A stretch of 64,000 nucleotides of DNA. Source: an uncultured Gemmatimonadales bacterium (GTDB lineage Bacteria; Gemmatimonadota; Gemmatimonadetes; Longimicrobiales; RSA9). The notes under the pieces are model-generated. The model worked only from the letters and a program-made list of their open reading frames with translations. It made no database searches and had not been told where the DNA came from. The translations under genes were made by a program, and so were the position numbers. Position 1 is the stretch's first letter. Every line of letters begins with the position of its first letter. This document shows, one piece after another, positions 28,140 through 37,465 of the stretch. Where the stretch lies: NCBI GenBank assembly GCA_963741945.1, contig CAVUKA010000005.1, forward strand, positions 384,001-448,000. The letters are read 5' to 3'.

Positions 28140-28841
28140 CTACATGACGATGGTGTAGCGGAACCACTCGGCCACCGCCCGTCCGTTCCGGCGAGCGGCT
28201 TCGAAGACCCACGCCGCTGCGTGCTCCCTCAGCCGCCGGTCGAACGACCGGTCGCCGGTGGACGGGTCGAGGCGCGTGGAGTCCGCGACCACGTGGCCGT
28301 TCGCCGCCACGAAGACCCAGACGTCCACCTCCTTCCCCCGCACCTCGTCGGGGCGATCGCCGGGCGGGAGGATCATGCCCCGCGGCTTCGGGGGCATCAC
28401 GCCGCTTCGCCCTGAAGCCGCCGTCCCGCCGCCGCCCACGCCGGTCCCATCGCCGGTGCCCACCCCCAGCTCCGGCAGGGGCCCCGAGCCGCCCGCCGTC
28501 AGCGGGCCCCGGGCCAGCGCCACCGCCGGCATGTCGTCCGGGACCTCCTCCGGCTCCGGCTGCTCCATTTCCGGCGTCTCCACCACCGGCCGCACTTCCG
28601 CGGGTGCCGGCGGCGACGGTGCCCGCGGCGGCTCCAGCGCCACTTCCTGCATCCCGCCGCCCCGCGCCGCCGCGGCGCCGCCCCGGCGCTCCCCGGCGGC
28701 CGCCAGCGGCAGGCGCGGCAGGGGATGCGCATCGAAATAGAGGAACGCCGCCGCGTGCACGAGGACGGACACCGCCAGCGCCCAGCCGAGCGCTCGGCCG
28801 TAGCGGCGGTCCGGGTCCAGGTTGCGGGCTTTGCGTACCAT
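28140..28841 (-). CDS. TonB-like protein (TM anchor, Pro-rich linker, C-terminal domain)
   Basis: ALAVSVLVHA (SxxxH) anchor, Pro/Glu-rich linker, and a VWVFV..G.V...WVFEAARRNG C-terminus. Confidence 0.6.
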   Translation of the reverse strand: MVRKARNLDPDRRYGRALGWALAVSVLVHAAAFLYFDAHPLPRLPLAAAGERRGGAAAARGGGMQEVALEPPRAPSPPAPAEVRPVVETPEMEQPEPEEVPDDMPAVALARGPLTAGGSGPLPELGVGTGDGTGVGGGGTAASGRSGVMPPKPRGMILPPGDRPDEVRGKEVDVWVFVAANGHVVADSTRLDPSTGDRSFDRRLREHAAAWVFEAARRNGRAVAEWFRYTIVM

Positions 28842-29022
28842 CGTGCGGAGGCTCCCCTGTGCTACCTGTCCTACGCTCGACCGGGGCGGCCGGGTTTCAT
28901 CAAGATAACGCGCGGCCGGCCGGGAATTGAACGGCCGGTGCTCCTGACCGCGACGACGCGCTCGCCGCGCCCTCACCCGCCGTGATCAGTACCGCCGCGG
29001 CGAGCGGACCGTTCCGGACCGC

Positions 29023-30027
29023 TCAGCCGTATCGCTCGAGGAAGCGCATCAGCGCCGCTTCCTCCGGGTAGTACTCCACCGGCTCCTCCGAGTGCACCGC
29101 CCGCTCCTGCTTCCGCATCAGCGGCTCGATGGTCCGCCCCTCCGCTTCATATTCCTCGAACACCGCCGGATGGATGTACGCGCTGCGCGCGATCGCCGGC
29201 GTGTTCCCCAGCTCGCTCGCCACCAGCCGCGCCGTCAGAACCGTGTTCCTGTGCGCTTCACGGTCACTCGAAGCCTCGCCGATGTCCGCAAGGATCGTCG
29301 CCGCCCGCACCGTGCCGCCGAACGTCCGCAGGTCCTTCGACGTGTACCGCTCCCCCACCATCTCCTTGATGTAGCGGTTCACGTGCTTCGCCGTGACGTT
29401 GCACACGCGCCCGTCCTCTCCCGCGTAGCGGAACAGCCGCGAGCCGGGCAGCCCGGCGATCTCCCCCACGATCTCCACCAGCGGCGTGTCCGCCACCACC
29501 CGCCGCTGGTCCTTCCGCCGCTTCCCGCGATACGTGAAAATCAGATCGTTTCCCCGGATCTCCAGGTGCGCCTTCTTCAGTGTGGCGATCCCGAACGTCT
29601 TGTTCTCCACCGCGTACCGCTCGCTCCCGATCCGGAAGAACGACCGGCTCATCAGCCGCACCACCGTGGCCAGCACTTTCTCCCGACCCGCGCCCTCCAG
29701 CTTCAGGTGCGCGTTCGTCGCCGCCCGCAGACGCGGCAGCACGTGCGCGTACGCCAGCACCCGCGCCCACTTCCGCTGCTGACGCGCCTCCACCGCCTCC
29801 TCGCTGTAGATGTACTGCTTCCGCCCGGCTGCATCCCTCCCCCACGCCTGAACTTTCCGCTGCGACGTGGGAGCGATGTGCACGTCCGTCCACGCCGGCG
29901 GGATCGCCAGCCGGTCGATCCGCGCCAGACCGGCTTCCCATACCAGCTCGCCGCCGCCCACTTTCTCGTAGCGGAACCCGGAGTCCTTCTCCCCCACACG
30001 CCGCCACCATCCCTTGTCTTCCGTCAT
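29023..30027 (-). CDS. DNA topoisomerase IB (bacterial, poxvirus-like)
   Basis: IPPAWTDV, GRDAAGRKQYIY, FRIGSE, SKDLRT and GNTPAIARSAYIHP (catalytic Tyr). Confidence 0.93.
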   Translation of the reverse strand: MTEDKGWWRRVGEKDSGFRYEKVGGGELVWEAGLARIDRLAIPPAWTDVHIAPTSQRKVQAWGRDAAGRKQYIYSEEAVEARQQRKWARVLAYAHVLPRLRAATNAHLKLEGAGREKVLATVVRLMSRSFFRIGSERYAVENKTFGIATLKKAHLEIRGNDLIFTYRGKRRKDQRRVVADTPLVEIVGEIAGLPGSRLFRYAGEDGRVCNVTAKHVNRYIKEMVGERYTSKDLRTFGGTVRAATILADIGEASSDREAHRNTVLTARLVASELGNTPAIARSAYIHPAVFEEYEAEGRTIEPLMRKQERAVHSEEPVEYYPEEAALMRFLERYG

Positions 30028-30104
30028 TGCCCCCGCTCGGATTCACGACGTGTGCCACACCGCCCGGGCACGCCCCGCGCCCGACCCCTGCACCGCCCCA
30101 CCCC

Positions 30105-30145
30105 TTGACGCTTTCCTCCCCCTTGTATAGGGTAGGGGGGTATGG
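30105..30145 (+). promoter_or_regulatory. Promoter and CsoR-type G-tract operator
   Basis: TTGACG at 30105, then TATAGGGTAGGGGGGTATGG, which resembles CsoR operators that end in GGGGGTAT. Confidence 0.6.
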
Positions 30146-30171
30146 CTCCAGAACGCGACGGGAGAAGACCG

Positions 30172-30486
30172 ATGGCAGACCAAACGGCGCAGACCGGCGC
30201 ACTCGCCGTTCAGCCCGACACGCGCGCGGCCGCGGCCAGGCGGCTGAAGCGGATCGAGGGGCAGGTGCGCGGGATCGAGAAGATGGTGGATGAAGGGCGC
30301 TATTGCCCCGACATCCTGACGCAGCTGGCGTCGGTGCACGCCGCGCTGCGGGGAGTGGGGAAGCTGCTGATGCGGAGCCATCTGCAGCACTGCGTGACGG
30401 ACGCGTTGCGGTCGGGTGACCCGGTGGCGGCGGAGCGGACGTACGACGAGGTGATGGACCTGATGTACAGGCACGTCCGGGAGTAG
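30172..30486 (+). CDS. csoR: Copper-sensing repressor CsoR
   Basis: [18 protein letters not shown] and HLQHC (C-H-C ligand set). Confidence 0.92.
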   Translation: MADQTAQTGALAVQPDTRAAAARRLKRIEGQVRGIEKMVDEGRYCPDILTQLASVHAALRGVGKLLMRSHLQHCVTDALRSGDPVAAERTYDEVMDLMYRHVRE

Positions 30487-30494
30487 GGGGAGTC

Positions 30495-33080
30495 ATGGCG
30501 GATAGCACGACAACGGCCGGGAAGGACGCGGGTGAAGGTCATCGTACGGCCGGGTTCGCGAAGCTGGAGATCCCGGTGACGGGGATGACGTGCGCGGCGT
30601 GCGCGACGCGGGTTCAGAAGGGGCTGTCGAAGTCGGAAGGTGTCCGCGACGCGGGCGTGAATTTCGCCACGGAGCGGGCGACGGTGGAATACGATCCGTC
30701 GTCGACCAGCGCGGCGTCGCTGGTGGAGGCGATCCGCTCGTCGGGATACGGTGCGCGGCTGGAGGAGACGGAGCTGCAGGTGGCCGGGCTGGAGATGGCG
30801 GCCACGGGCGGCGGAATCGAGGCGGCGCTGAAGGAGCTGGCGGGGGTGCTGACGGCGGACGTGAACATCGCCACCGGCACGGCGCGCGTCGTCTATCTCC
30901 CGGACGTGGTGACGCCGCACGACTTCGAGTCGGCGGTGGAAGCCGCCGGCTACGAGCTGGCGGCGCCGGTGGACGTGGCGGACCCGGCGGAGCGGGAGCG
31001 GATCGCGCGCGAGCGGGAGTACCGCACGCTGCGGAACAAGTTCTCGCTGGCGGCGGTGGTGAGCGTGTTCGCCATGCTGGCGTCGATGCCGCTGATGGCG
31101 CGCGACTCGGCGGCCATGCAGAACGACCTGTTCCACCGTCTCATGACTCCGGTGAACGGCGTTCTCTCGTCGGTGGTCCCCTGGCTCTACGCCATCGACC
31201 CGCGGGTGCTCACGTGGACGCTGCTGGCGCTCACCATCCCGGTGGTCTTCTGGGCAGGCCGTCAGTTCTACAAGGGCGCGTGGAGCGGGCTTCTGCACGG
31301 CAGCTCGGACATGAACACGCTGATCGCGGTGGGGACGGGCGCAGCGTTCCTGTACAGCATCGTGGCCACCGTGGCGCCGGGGATCTTCATCCGGGCGGGC
31401 CTGCCGGCGGACGTGTACTACGAGGCGGTGGTGATGATCATCGCCCTGATCCTGCTCGGGAAGCTGCTGGAAGCGCGGGCGAAGGGTCGCACGAGCGAGG
31501 CGATCCGCAAGCTGGCCGGTCTGCAGCCGCGGACGGCGAGGGTGGTCCGGGATGGCGAGGCGGCGGACGTGGACATCGAGGACGTGGTCGTGGGCGACGT
31601 GGTGGTCGTCCGTCCCGGTGAGAAGATCCCGGTGGATGGACGCGTGGTGGACGGCCACAGCGCGGTGGACGAGTCGCTGCTCACGGGCGAGCCGCTCCCG
31701 GTGGAGAAGACCGAGGGCGACGAGGTGGTGGGCGGGACGATCAACGGCCAGGGCAGCTTCCGTTTCGAGGCGACGAAAGTGGGCCGCGACACGGCGCTGG
31801 CGCAGATCGTCAAGCTGGTGCGGGACGCCCAGGGCTCAAAAGCGCCGATCCAGCGGCTGGCCGATGTGATCGCCGGCATCTTCGTTCCCGTGGTCATCAG
31901 TCTCGCGCTGATCGCGGCCGCCGTCTGGTGGGTGGTGGGCCCGCAGCCGGCGTTCGTGTTCGCGCTGGTCACGTTCGTGACCGTCCTGATCATCGCGTGC
32001 CCGTGCGCCATGGGGCTGGCCACGCCCACGGCCGTGATGGCCGGCACGGGCGCGGGCGCCGAGCGCGGCGTGCTCTTCAAGGGAGGCGAATCACTGGAGA
32101 CGGCGCACAGGCTGGACACCATCGTGCTGGACAAGACGGGCACGATCACGGAGGGGAAGCCCGCCGTGGTGGAGGTCACCACCGCCGACGGCCTTTCAGA
32201 CGACGAGCTCCTCCGCCTCGCCGCCTCCATAGAGACCGCCTCCGAGCACCCCCTCGCCGCCGCCATCGTGGACGCAGCCCGCGCCCGCGAGATCTTCCTC
32301 GCGGAGCCGGCCGATTTCTACGCGACGGCGGGGCGTGGGGCGGAAGCGGTGGTGGACGGGCGTCTGATCTTCGTGGGCAACGCCGCGTTCATGGCGGAGC
32401 AGGAGATGGACACCGGGCGCCTCTCGGAGGCTGCGGAGCGCATGGCCGCGGAGGCGAGGACGCCCGTGTTCGTGGGGAGCGAGGGGCGAGTGCTGGGGGT
32501 GATCGCCGTCGCCGACCCGGTGAAGCCGTCCAGCGCCGCCGCCATCGGCCGGCTCCGGTCCATGGGGCTCGAAGTGGTCATGCTGACCGGTGACCACCGG
32601 GCGACGGCCGAGGCCATAGCGCGCCAGGTCGGGGTCGACCGGGTCGTCGCCGAGGTGCTGCCCCGCGGGAAGGTGGAGGAGATCCAGCGGCTCCAGGCGG
32701 ACGGCCGCAAGGTCGGCATGGTGGGCGACGGGCTGAACGACGCCCCGGCGCTGGCGCAGGCCGACATCGGGATCGCCATCGGCACGGGGACGGATGTGGC
32801 GCTGGAGGCGTCGGACGTCACGCTCATGGGCGGCGACCTGAACGGCGTCCCCGACGCGATCCACCTGTCGCGCCGAACCATGCGGGTGATCAAGCAGAAC
32901 CTGTTCTGGGCGTTCATCTACAACGCCATCGGGATCCCCATTGCTGCCGGCGTGCTCTACCCGGTCTGGGGGATCCTGCTGTCGCCCGTGATCGGGAGCG
33001 CCGCCATGGCGATGAGTTCCGTGAGCGTGGTGACCAATTCCCTCCGCCTGCGGCGGCTGGGCAAGAACGCAAATTACTGA
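30495..33080 (+). CDS. copA: Cu(I)-translocating P1B-type ATPase
   Basis: GMTCAAC, TGE, CPC, DKTGT, SEHP, GDGLND, YN and MAMSS motifs. Confidence 0.96.
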   Translation: MADSTTTAGKDAGEGHRTAGFAKLEIPVTGMTCAACATRVQKGLSKSEGVRDAGVNFATERATVEYDPSSTSAASLVEAIRSSGYGARLEETELQVAGLEMAATGGGIEAALKELAGVLTADVNIATGTARVVYLPDVVTPHDFESAVEAAGYELAAPVDVADPAERERIAREREYRTLRNKFSLAAVVSVFAMLASMPLMARDSAAMQNDLFHRLMTPVNGVLSSVVPWLYAIDPRVLTWTLLALTIPVVFWAGRQFYKGAWSGLLHGSSDMNTLIAVGTGAAFLYSIVATVAPGIFIRAGLPADVYYEAVVMIIALILLGKLLEARAKGRTSEAIRKLAGLQPRTARVVRDGEAADVDIEDVVVGDVVVVRPGEKIPVDGRVVDGHSAVDESLLTGEPLPVEKTEGDEVVGGTINGQGSFRFEATKVGRDTALAQIVKLVRDAQGSKAPIQRLADVIAGIFVPVVISLALIAAAVWWVVGPQPAFVFALVTFVTVLIIACPCAMGLATPTAVMAGTGAGAERGVLFKGGESLETAHRLDTIVLDKTGTITEGKPAVVEVTTADGLSDDELLRLAASIETASEHPLAAAIVDAARAREIFLAEPADFYATAGRGAEAVVDGRLIFVGNAAFMAEQEMDTGRLSEAAERMAAEARTPVFVGSEGRVLGVIAVADPVKPSSAAAIGRLRSMGLEVVMLTGDHRATAEAIARQVGVDRVVAEVLPRGKVEEIQRLQADGRKVGMVGDGLNDAPALAQADIGIAIGTGTDVALEASDVTLMGGDLNGVPDAIHLSRRTMRVIKQNLFWAFIYNAIGIPIAAGVLYPVWGILLSPVIGSAAMAMSSVSVVTNSLRLRRLGKNANY

Positions 33081-33104
33081 CCCTGAATCCAGGAGGAGCC
33101 GAAA

Positions 33105-33320
33105 ATGGCGAGAACGACGTTGAACGTGACCGGCATGACCTGCAATCACTGCGTGCACACGGTGAAGAGCGCGCTGGAGGCCGTTTCGGGCGTGCGGAGC
33201 GCCCGCGTGGACCTGGACAACGGGCGTGCCGTGGTGGATTACGACGATGGCCTGACCAGCCCACGCGAGATGAGCGCGGCCGTGGCCGACGCCGGTTACC
33301 AGGCGGAAGCGCAGGCGTGA
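33105..33320 (+). CDS. copZ: Copper chaperone
   Basis: GMTCNHC HMA motif; AGGAGG RBS. Confidence 0.92.
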   Translation: MARTTLNVTGMTCNHCVHTVKSALEAVSGVRSARVDLDNGRAVVDYDDGLTSPREMSAAVADAGYQAEAQA

Positions 33321-33407
33321 CGGGCTGAGCTCGGCGCCGCACGTCTGACGGGAGCCGGCCTGCGCCCCACCGCTCGGCGGCCCGGGGCCCAGGCCGGTTT
33401 CGTTCGG

Positions 33408-34436
33408 CTACCGCTCCGCGCGGAGGAAGATGTAGGCGTCGGCCACGTCGCGCATCGTGTAGCCGCCGGGGAGGATCTCCATGGCGAGCCCGGGCGACGT
33501 GGGGGTCAGGACCGGGTCCTGCACTGCGGTGAACGCCCTGTCCACGCGCACGCCGGCCGCCCTGCCGAGCTCACGGCTCACCGGTCGGTAGAGCGACGTG
33601 CCGTGGTATTCCGGAATCGCCCCCAGCACGCCCGAGGCCGGACGCCCGGCGTCCAGCAGCACGGTGCGCGTGTCGTCGGCGGCGCGGCGGCGGAGCAGGT
33701 CCCCGAGCCAGGTCACTTCCTCTTCGTTCCCGCCCGCCGAGCGCAGCACGCCGCGCGTTCCGTGGAGCGTCAGGTACCCGTCCATGAACACCAGGATGCG
33801 CGCATCCGGGTTGACGGACAGGAGCTGCTCATCCATCTGCCGCAGCATGTGGGCGGGACGCCTCGCGTAGAGGGCCGCCACCCGCTCCGGCCGCGTCCCA
33901 TCGGGGGGCGGCCAGCCCGGCAGGTCGGCCGCGATCACGCGCACCCGCCGGGCCGCACCCACATCCCGGTTCACAGACCGCACCGCGCGGTAGATGTCCA
34001 GGAAGGCGCGGGCGGTTCCGTCCGCCTCGCGGACGGCGGCAGGGCGTGAAAGCAGGGCCGTGGCGTCTTCCGCGGGGCTCGAGAGGTACGCGTCGATGTA
34101 CGGCTGCTCGTCGCTCGGCACCTCCAGCACCACCGCGTCCAGACCGGGGCCTTCCGCCAGCGACCGGATCGCCGTCGATGCCAGCCGCTTCGGCCCCACC
34201 TGCCCGTGTTCGTCCGCGAGCAGCAGCACGCGGGAGCCACGCCCCATGGCCACCAGCAGGTCCGTCGGCTCGCGACCGTCCTCCTGCAGACGCTGGATCA
34301 GCGGTCGAAGCTCCTGGTCTCCCGTGTTGTCCAGGTATACGGCCACCGCCACGGCGACCACCAGCGCCGCCAGCGCCACACCGCCGCCCCGCTGCCACGA
34401 CATCGGCTGCCGCATCCACCGTTTCCGTCGAGCCAT
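33408..34436 (-). CDS. Hypothetical membrane-anchored protein (possibly EreA/ChaN-like fold)
   Basis: N-terminal TM segment; LLLADEHG, VVLEV and VIAADLP patterns. Confidence 0.55.
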   Translation of the reverse strand: MARRKRWMRQPMSWQRGGGVALAALVVAVAVAVYLDNTGDQELRPLIQRLQEDGREPTDLLVAMGRGSRVLLLADEHGQVGPKRLASTAIRSLAEGPGLDAVVLEVPSDEQPYIDAYLSSPAEDATALLSRPAAVREADGTARAFLDIYRAVRSVNRDVGAARRVRVIAADLPGWPPPDGTRPERVAALYARRPAHMLRQMDEQLLSVNPDARILVFMDGYLTLHGTRGVLRSAGGNEEEVTWLGDLLRRRAADDTRTVLLDAGRPASGVLGAIPEYHGTSLYRPVSRELGRAAGVRVDRAFTAVQDPVLTPTSPGLAMEILPGGYTMRDVADAYIFLRAER

Positions 34437-34451
34437 GCCAGCTCCCCCGGC

Positions 34452-36446
34452 TCAGCCGCCGGTCCACACGTTGTTGGACCGGTCGATGTCGGGGAAATAG
34501 TGCTGCGCGTCGATCTCGACCCGGGTCACCGGATCACCCGCGGGCAGTGTGATGCTCACGCGATCCTTCCCCGTGAGCCATGCGTCCACGGGAATGGTCC
34601 GCTCGCTGGTCTCCGTTCCCCGGGTGATCGTGAGCGGGGTGGGCATGGGCACCCACCCGAGGTCACTGATGGTGACCCGCGTCTCGCCATCCGGCAGCCG
34701 CTCCACGCCGGACACCGCCTGGTCCAGCCACCATTTCCCGTCCCAGCTGCTCTCGTAGTACCAGCTGCGCCAGAACCAGTCGAGATCGCGTCCGCTCACG
34801 TCCTCGAACGTGTTGAACAGGTCCCACGGGTACGGGTGCTTGAACGCCCAGCGGTCGAAGAACGCCCGGAACGCGTCCATGAACGTGTCCTCCCCGAGGA
34901 CCCCGGTGAGGGCGTGCAGCAGCGTCGCCGGCTTCGCATAGGAGGCCACGCCGTAGGCCGGGCCGGGATAGTGGAAGTCGGACCAGCGCATGATCGGACC
35001 TTCCACACGCGCCCGCGCCACCTGCGCGTACGTCTGCTGCTCCTGCAGGAACGGGTTGGAGCCGGGATAGAAGCTGGCATACGCATTGTCTTCGAGGAAA
35101 CTGGTGGTCCCCTCGTCCATCCACGCGTAGCGACGCTCGTTCGTGCTCACCATCATGGGCACCCACTCGTGCCCCAGCTCGTGGGCGATCACGCCATAGA
35201 GCGCCGTGTCCGGCCGCCCTTCGTACGCCCCGATGAGCGTCATCATGGGGAACTCCATCCCGCCGCCGATGATGCCACCGCCCTCCACGGCCGACATGTG
35301 GCTCCACGCGTACGGCAGCCCCGTGAAATCGGAGTGGAAGGCAATGGACTGCCGCGCGAAGCCGGCCGCCTCCGCCCATGTCTTCGCGTCCTTCCGCCAG
35401 AACGCGTCGACACGCGCGAAGTCCGTCGCCCCATCCCCGTCGCGGTCGCCCACTGCCGTGCGCTCCGCGTCCCACGCGAAGTCCTTCATCACCGCGAACG
35501 CCGCGTCGTGCACGCTGTCCGCCACGAAATGCCAGCTCAGCCGGCCGTCCGGAGCGTCCATGGTGGCGGAGGAGGCGCCGTCGTGCGTCACCACGTGCAC
35601 CACCGTGTCGCTGGACTCCGCCTGCCGCAGCCGCTCCACCACGTCGCCCTGGAGCACTTCGTCGGCGTTGTCGAGCCGACCGGTCCCCATGACGATCCAG
35701 CCGGATGGCGCATCGACGGTGATGTCGTAGGAGGCGAAGTCGGCGTAGAACTCGGCGGTCCCTCGGAACGCATCGGCGTGCCACCCGATGATGTCGTCGT
35801 AAACCGCCATCTGGGGATACCAGTAGCCGAGATACAGGAGGTTGTCCCGGCTGTACCCCATGCGCCCACCCACGCCCGACTGCGGGAGCTCGAAATTGAA
35901 GTCCAGCGCGAGATCGACGGTGTCCCCGGGCTGCACCGGCCGGGGAGGGACGATATACATGACGGTCCCCTGCACAGCCCAGCCCGCCTGTCCCTGGCTC
36001 TCCGTGGTCCCGAGCTCCTGACCGTCCACGGCCACCCGCTCGATGGTCATCCCGCCCGTCACTTCGGCCGGCCGGTTCCGCTCCACGCCCGCCTCGTGAA
36101 CGTTCTGCGTCACGTTCAGAACGAGCACCGGCAGCGGGCCCGGCGAGTTGTTGTGGTACCGGATCGTCTCCGACCCGTTCAGCGTCTTCGCGTCCACGTC
36201 CACCCTCGCCTCGATGGCATAGTCCGCCCACTGCAGCCAGTACGCCGGGCCCGGCTCGCCCGTGGTCGTGCGCGTGTGTCTCGCCACCGCCCGCTCGAAC
36301 GTCGGTGGGGGCAGCACCGGGTACGGCACCGGCCGCGCGGCAGCGGACTCGGCGGGCAGAGGCGCGGTGGGCGACGGTGCGGCTGCGGGGACGGACACGC
36401 ACGCGCCGGCGGCGAGCGCGAGCAGGGGGATGATCAGGCGACGCAT
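34452..36446 (-). CDS. M1-family metallopeptidase lipoprotein
   Basis: Lipobox AGAC, YWLQWADY, GGMEFP, HELGHEW and WMDEG. Confidence 0.92.
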   Translation of the reverse strand: MRRLIIPLLALAAGACVSVPAAAPSPTAPLPAESAAARPVPYPVLPPPTFERAVARHTRTTTGEPGPAYWLQWADYAIEARVDVDAKTLNGSETIRYHNNSPGPLPVLVLNVTQNVHEAGVERNRPAEVTGGMTIERVAVDGQELGTTESQGQAGWAVQGTVMYIVPPRPVQPGDTVDLALDFNFELPQSGVGGRMGYSRDNLLYLGYWYPQMAVYDDIIGWHADAFRGTAEFYADFASYDITVDAPSGWIVMGTGRLDNADEVLQGDVVERLRQAESSDTVVHVVTHDGASSATMDAPDGRLSWHFVADSVHDAAFAVMKDFAWDAERTAVGDRDGDGATDFARVDAFWRKDAKTWAEAAGFARQSIAFHSDFTGLPYAWSHMSAVEGGGIIGGGMEFPMMTLIGAYEGRPDTALYGVIAHELGHEWVPMMVSTNERRYAWMDEGTTSFLEDNAYASFYPGSNPFLQEQQTYAQVARARVEGPIMRWSDFHYPGPAYGVASYAKPATLLHALTGVLGEDTFMDAFRAFFDRWAFKHPYPWDLFNTFEDVSGRDLDWFWRSWYYESSWDGKWWLDQAVSGVERLPDGETRVTISDLGWVPMPTPLTITRGTETSERTIPVDAWLTGKDRVSITLPAGDPVTRVEIDAQHYFPDIDRSNNVWTGG

Positions 36447-36577
36447 CGGCTCTTCTCCGTCGGGTTTCTGTGTTCGGGGTTCTCAACCTCGGCCGGGGTG
36501 TCACGGCCCGCAAGACAGGGGCCCGCGCTCCCGCGACGCCCGCTGCATGACCTCCCGCCGCCGCAGGTCCGGCCGGG

Positions 36578-37465
36578 TCAGCCTTTCAGGCCGGTCAGCT
36601 GGATCCCGCGAATGAAGTACCGCTGTGCGAAGACGAACAGCACAAGGATGGGGAGGATGGCCACCACGGACGCCGCCATCTGGTACGGCCAGTTCGCGTA
36701 GTAGATGCCGGCGAAGCGGGCGATCCCCACTTCCACGGTGCGCATGTCCGTGGAGCGGGTGACGATGAGCGGCCAGAGGAACCCCTTCCACTGGTCCACG
36801 AAGATGAAGAGCGCCACAGTGGCCAGCGCGGGCCGGGCGAGCGGGAGGGCGATGCGCGTGAACACCCTCCATTCGCTGGCTCCGTCGATCCGGGCTGCGT
36901 CCTCCAGGTCCCGGGGCACCGACAGGAAGTACTGTCGCAGGAGGAAGATCCCCCAGACCTGCACCAGCTCCGTCACGATCAGCCCCTGGAACGTGTCCAC
37001 CCAGCCGAACGCGTTCACGAGCAGGAAGCGCGGGATCAGCAGCACGATCCCCGGCACCATGAGCGTGGAGAGGTAGAGCAGGAAAATGCGGTCGCGCCCC
37101 GGGAACTCCAGCCTGGCGAACGCATAGCCGGCCGTGGCCGAGGAGAGGAGCGTCCCCAGCACCACGGCCACACTGGTCACCCCGGAGACCAGGAAGAACC
37201 GCCCGAACGGCAGCGCGGTCAGCGCTTCCGGGTAGTTCTGCCACCGCGGGTGCGCGGGTACGAGGGGCGGTGGGAAGCGGAACACCTCCAGCTCATCCAT
37301 GAGCGACGTGCTGACCATGTAGAGGAAAGGCGCCAGCATCGTGAGCGCCACCACGGACAGCAGCGCGTACGTCAGCGCCCGCCTCCACCCCGCCTCGCCG
37401 TCGCTTCCTCCCCGGCCGACCCCCTTGAAGCGCCTCTCCGCGGCACCCGCCATGCCCGCGCTCAT
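36578..37465 (-). CDS. Carbohydrate ABC transporter permease (MalG-like)
   Basis: AGYAFARLEFPG and the EAA loop LEDAARIDGA. Confidence 0.92.
   Translation of the reverse strand: MSAGMAGAAERRFKGVGRGGSDGEAGWRRALTYALLSVVALTMLAPFLYMVSTSLMDELEVFRFPPPLVPAHPRWQNYPEALTALPFGRFFLVSGVTSVAVVLGTLLSSATAGYAFARLEFPGRDRIFLLYLSTLMVPGIVLLIPRFLLVNAFGWVDTFQGLIVTELVQVWGIFLLRQYFLSVPRDLEDAARIDGASEWRVFTRIALPLARPALATVALFIFVDQWKGFLWPLIVTRSTDMRTVEVGIARFAGIYYANWPYQMAASVVAILPILVLFVFAQRYFIRGIQLTGLKG

Noticed and set aside
29023-30027. Tyrosine integrase of a mobile element
   Set aside because: The motifs are those of topoisomerase IB, and no att sites or cargo boundaries are evident.
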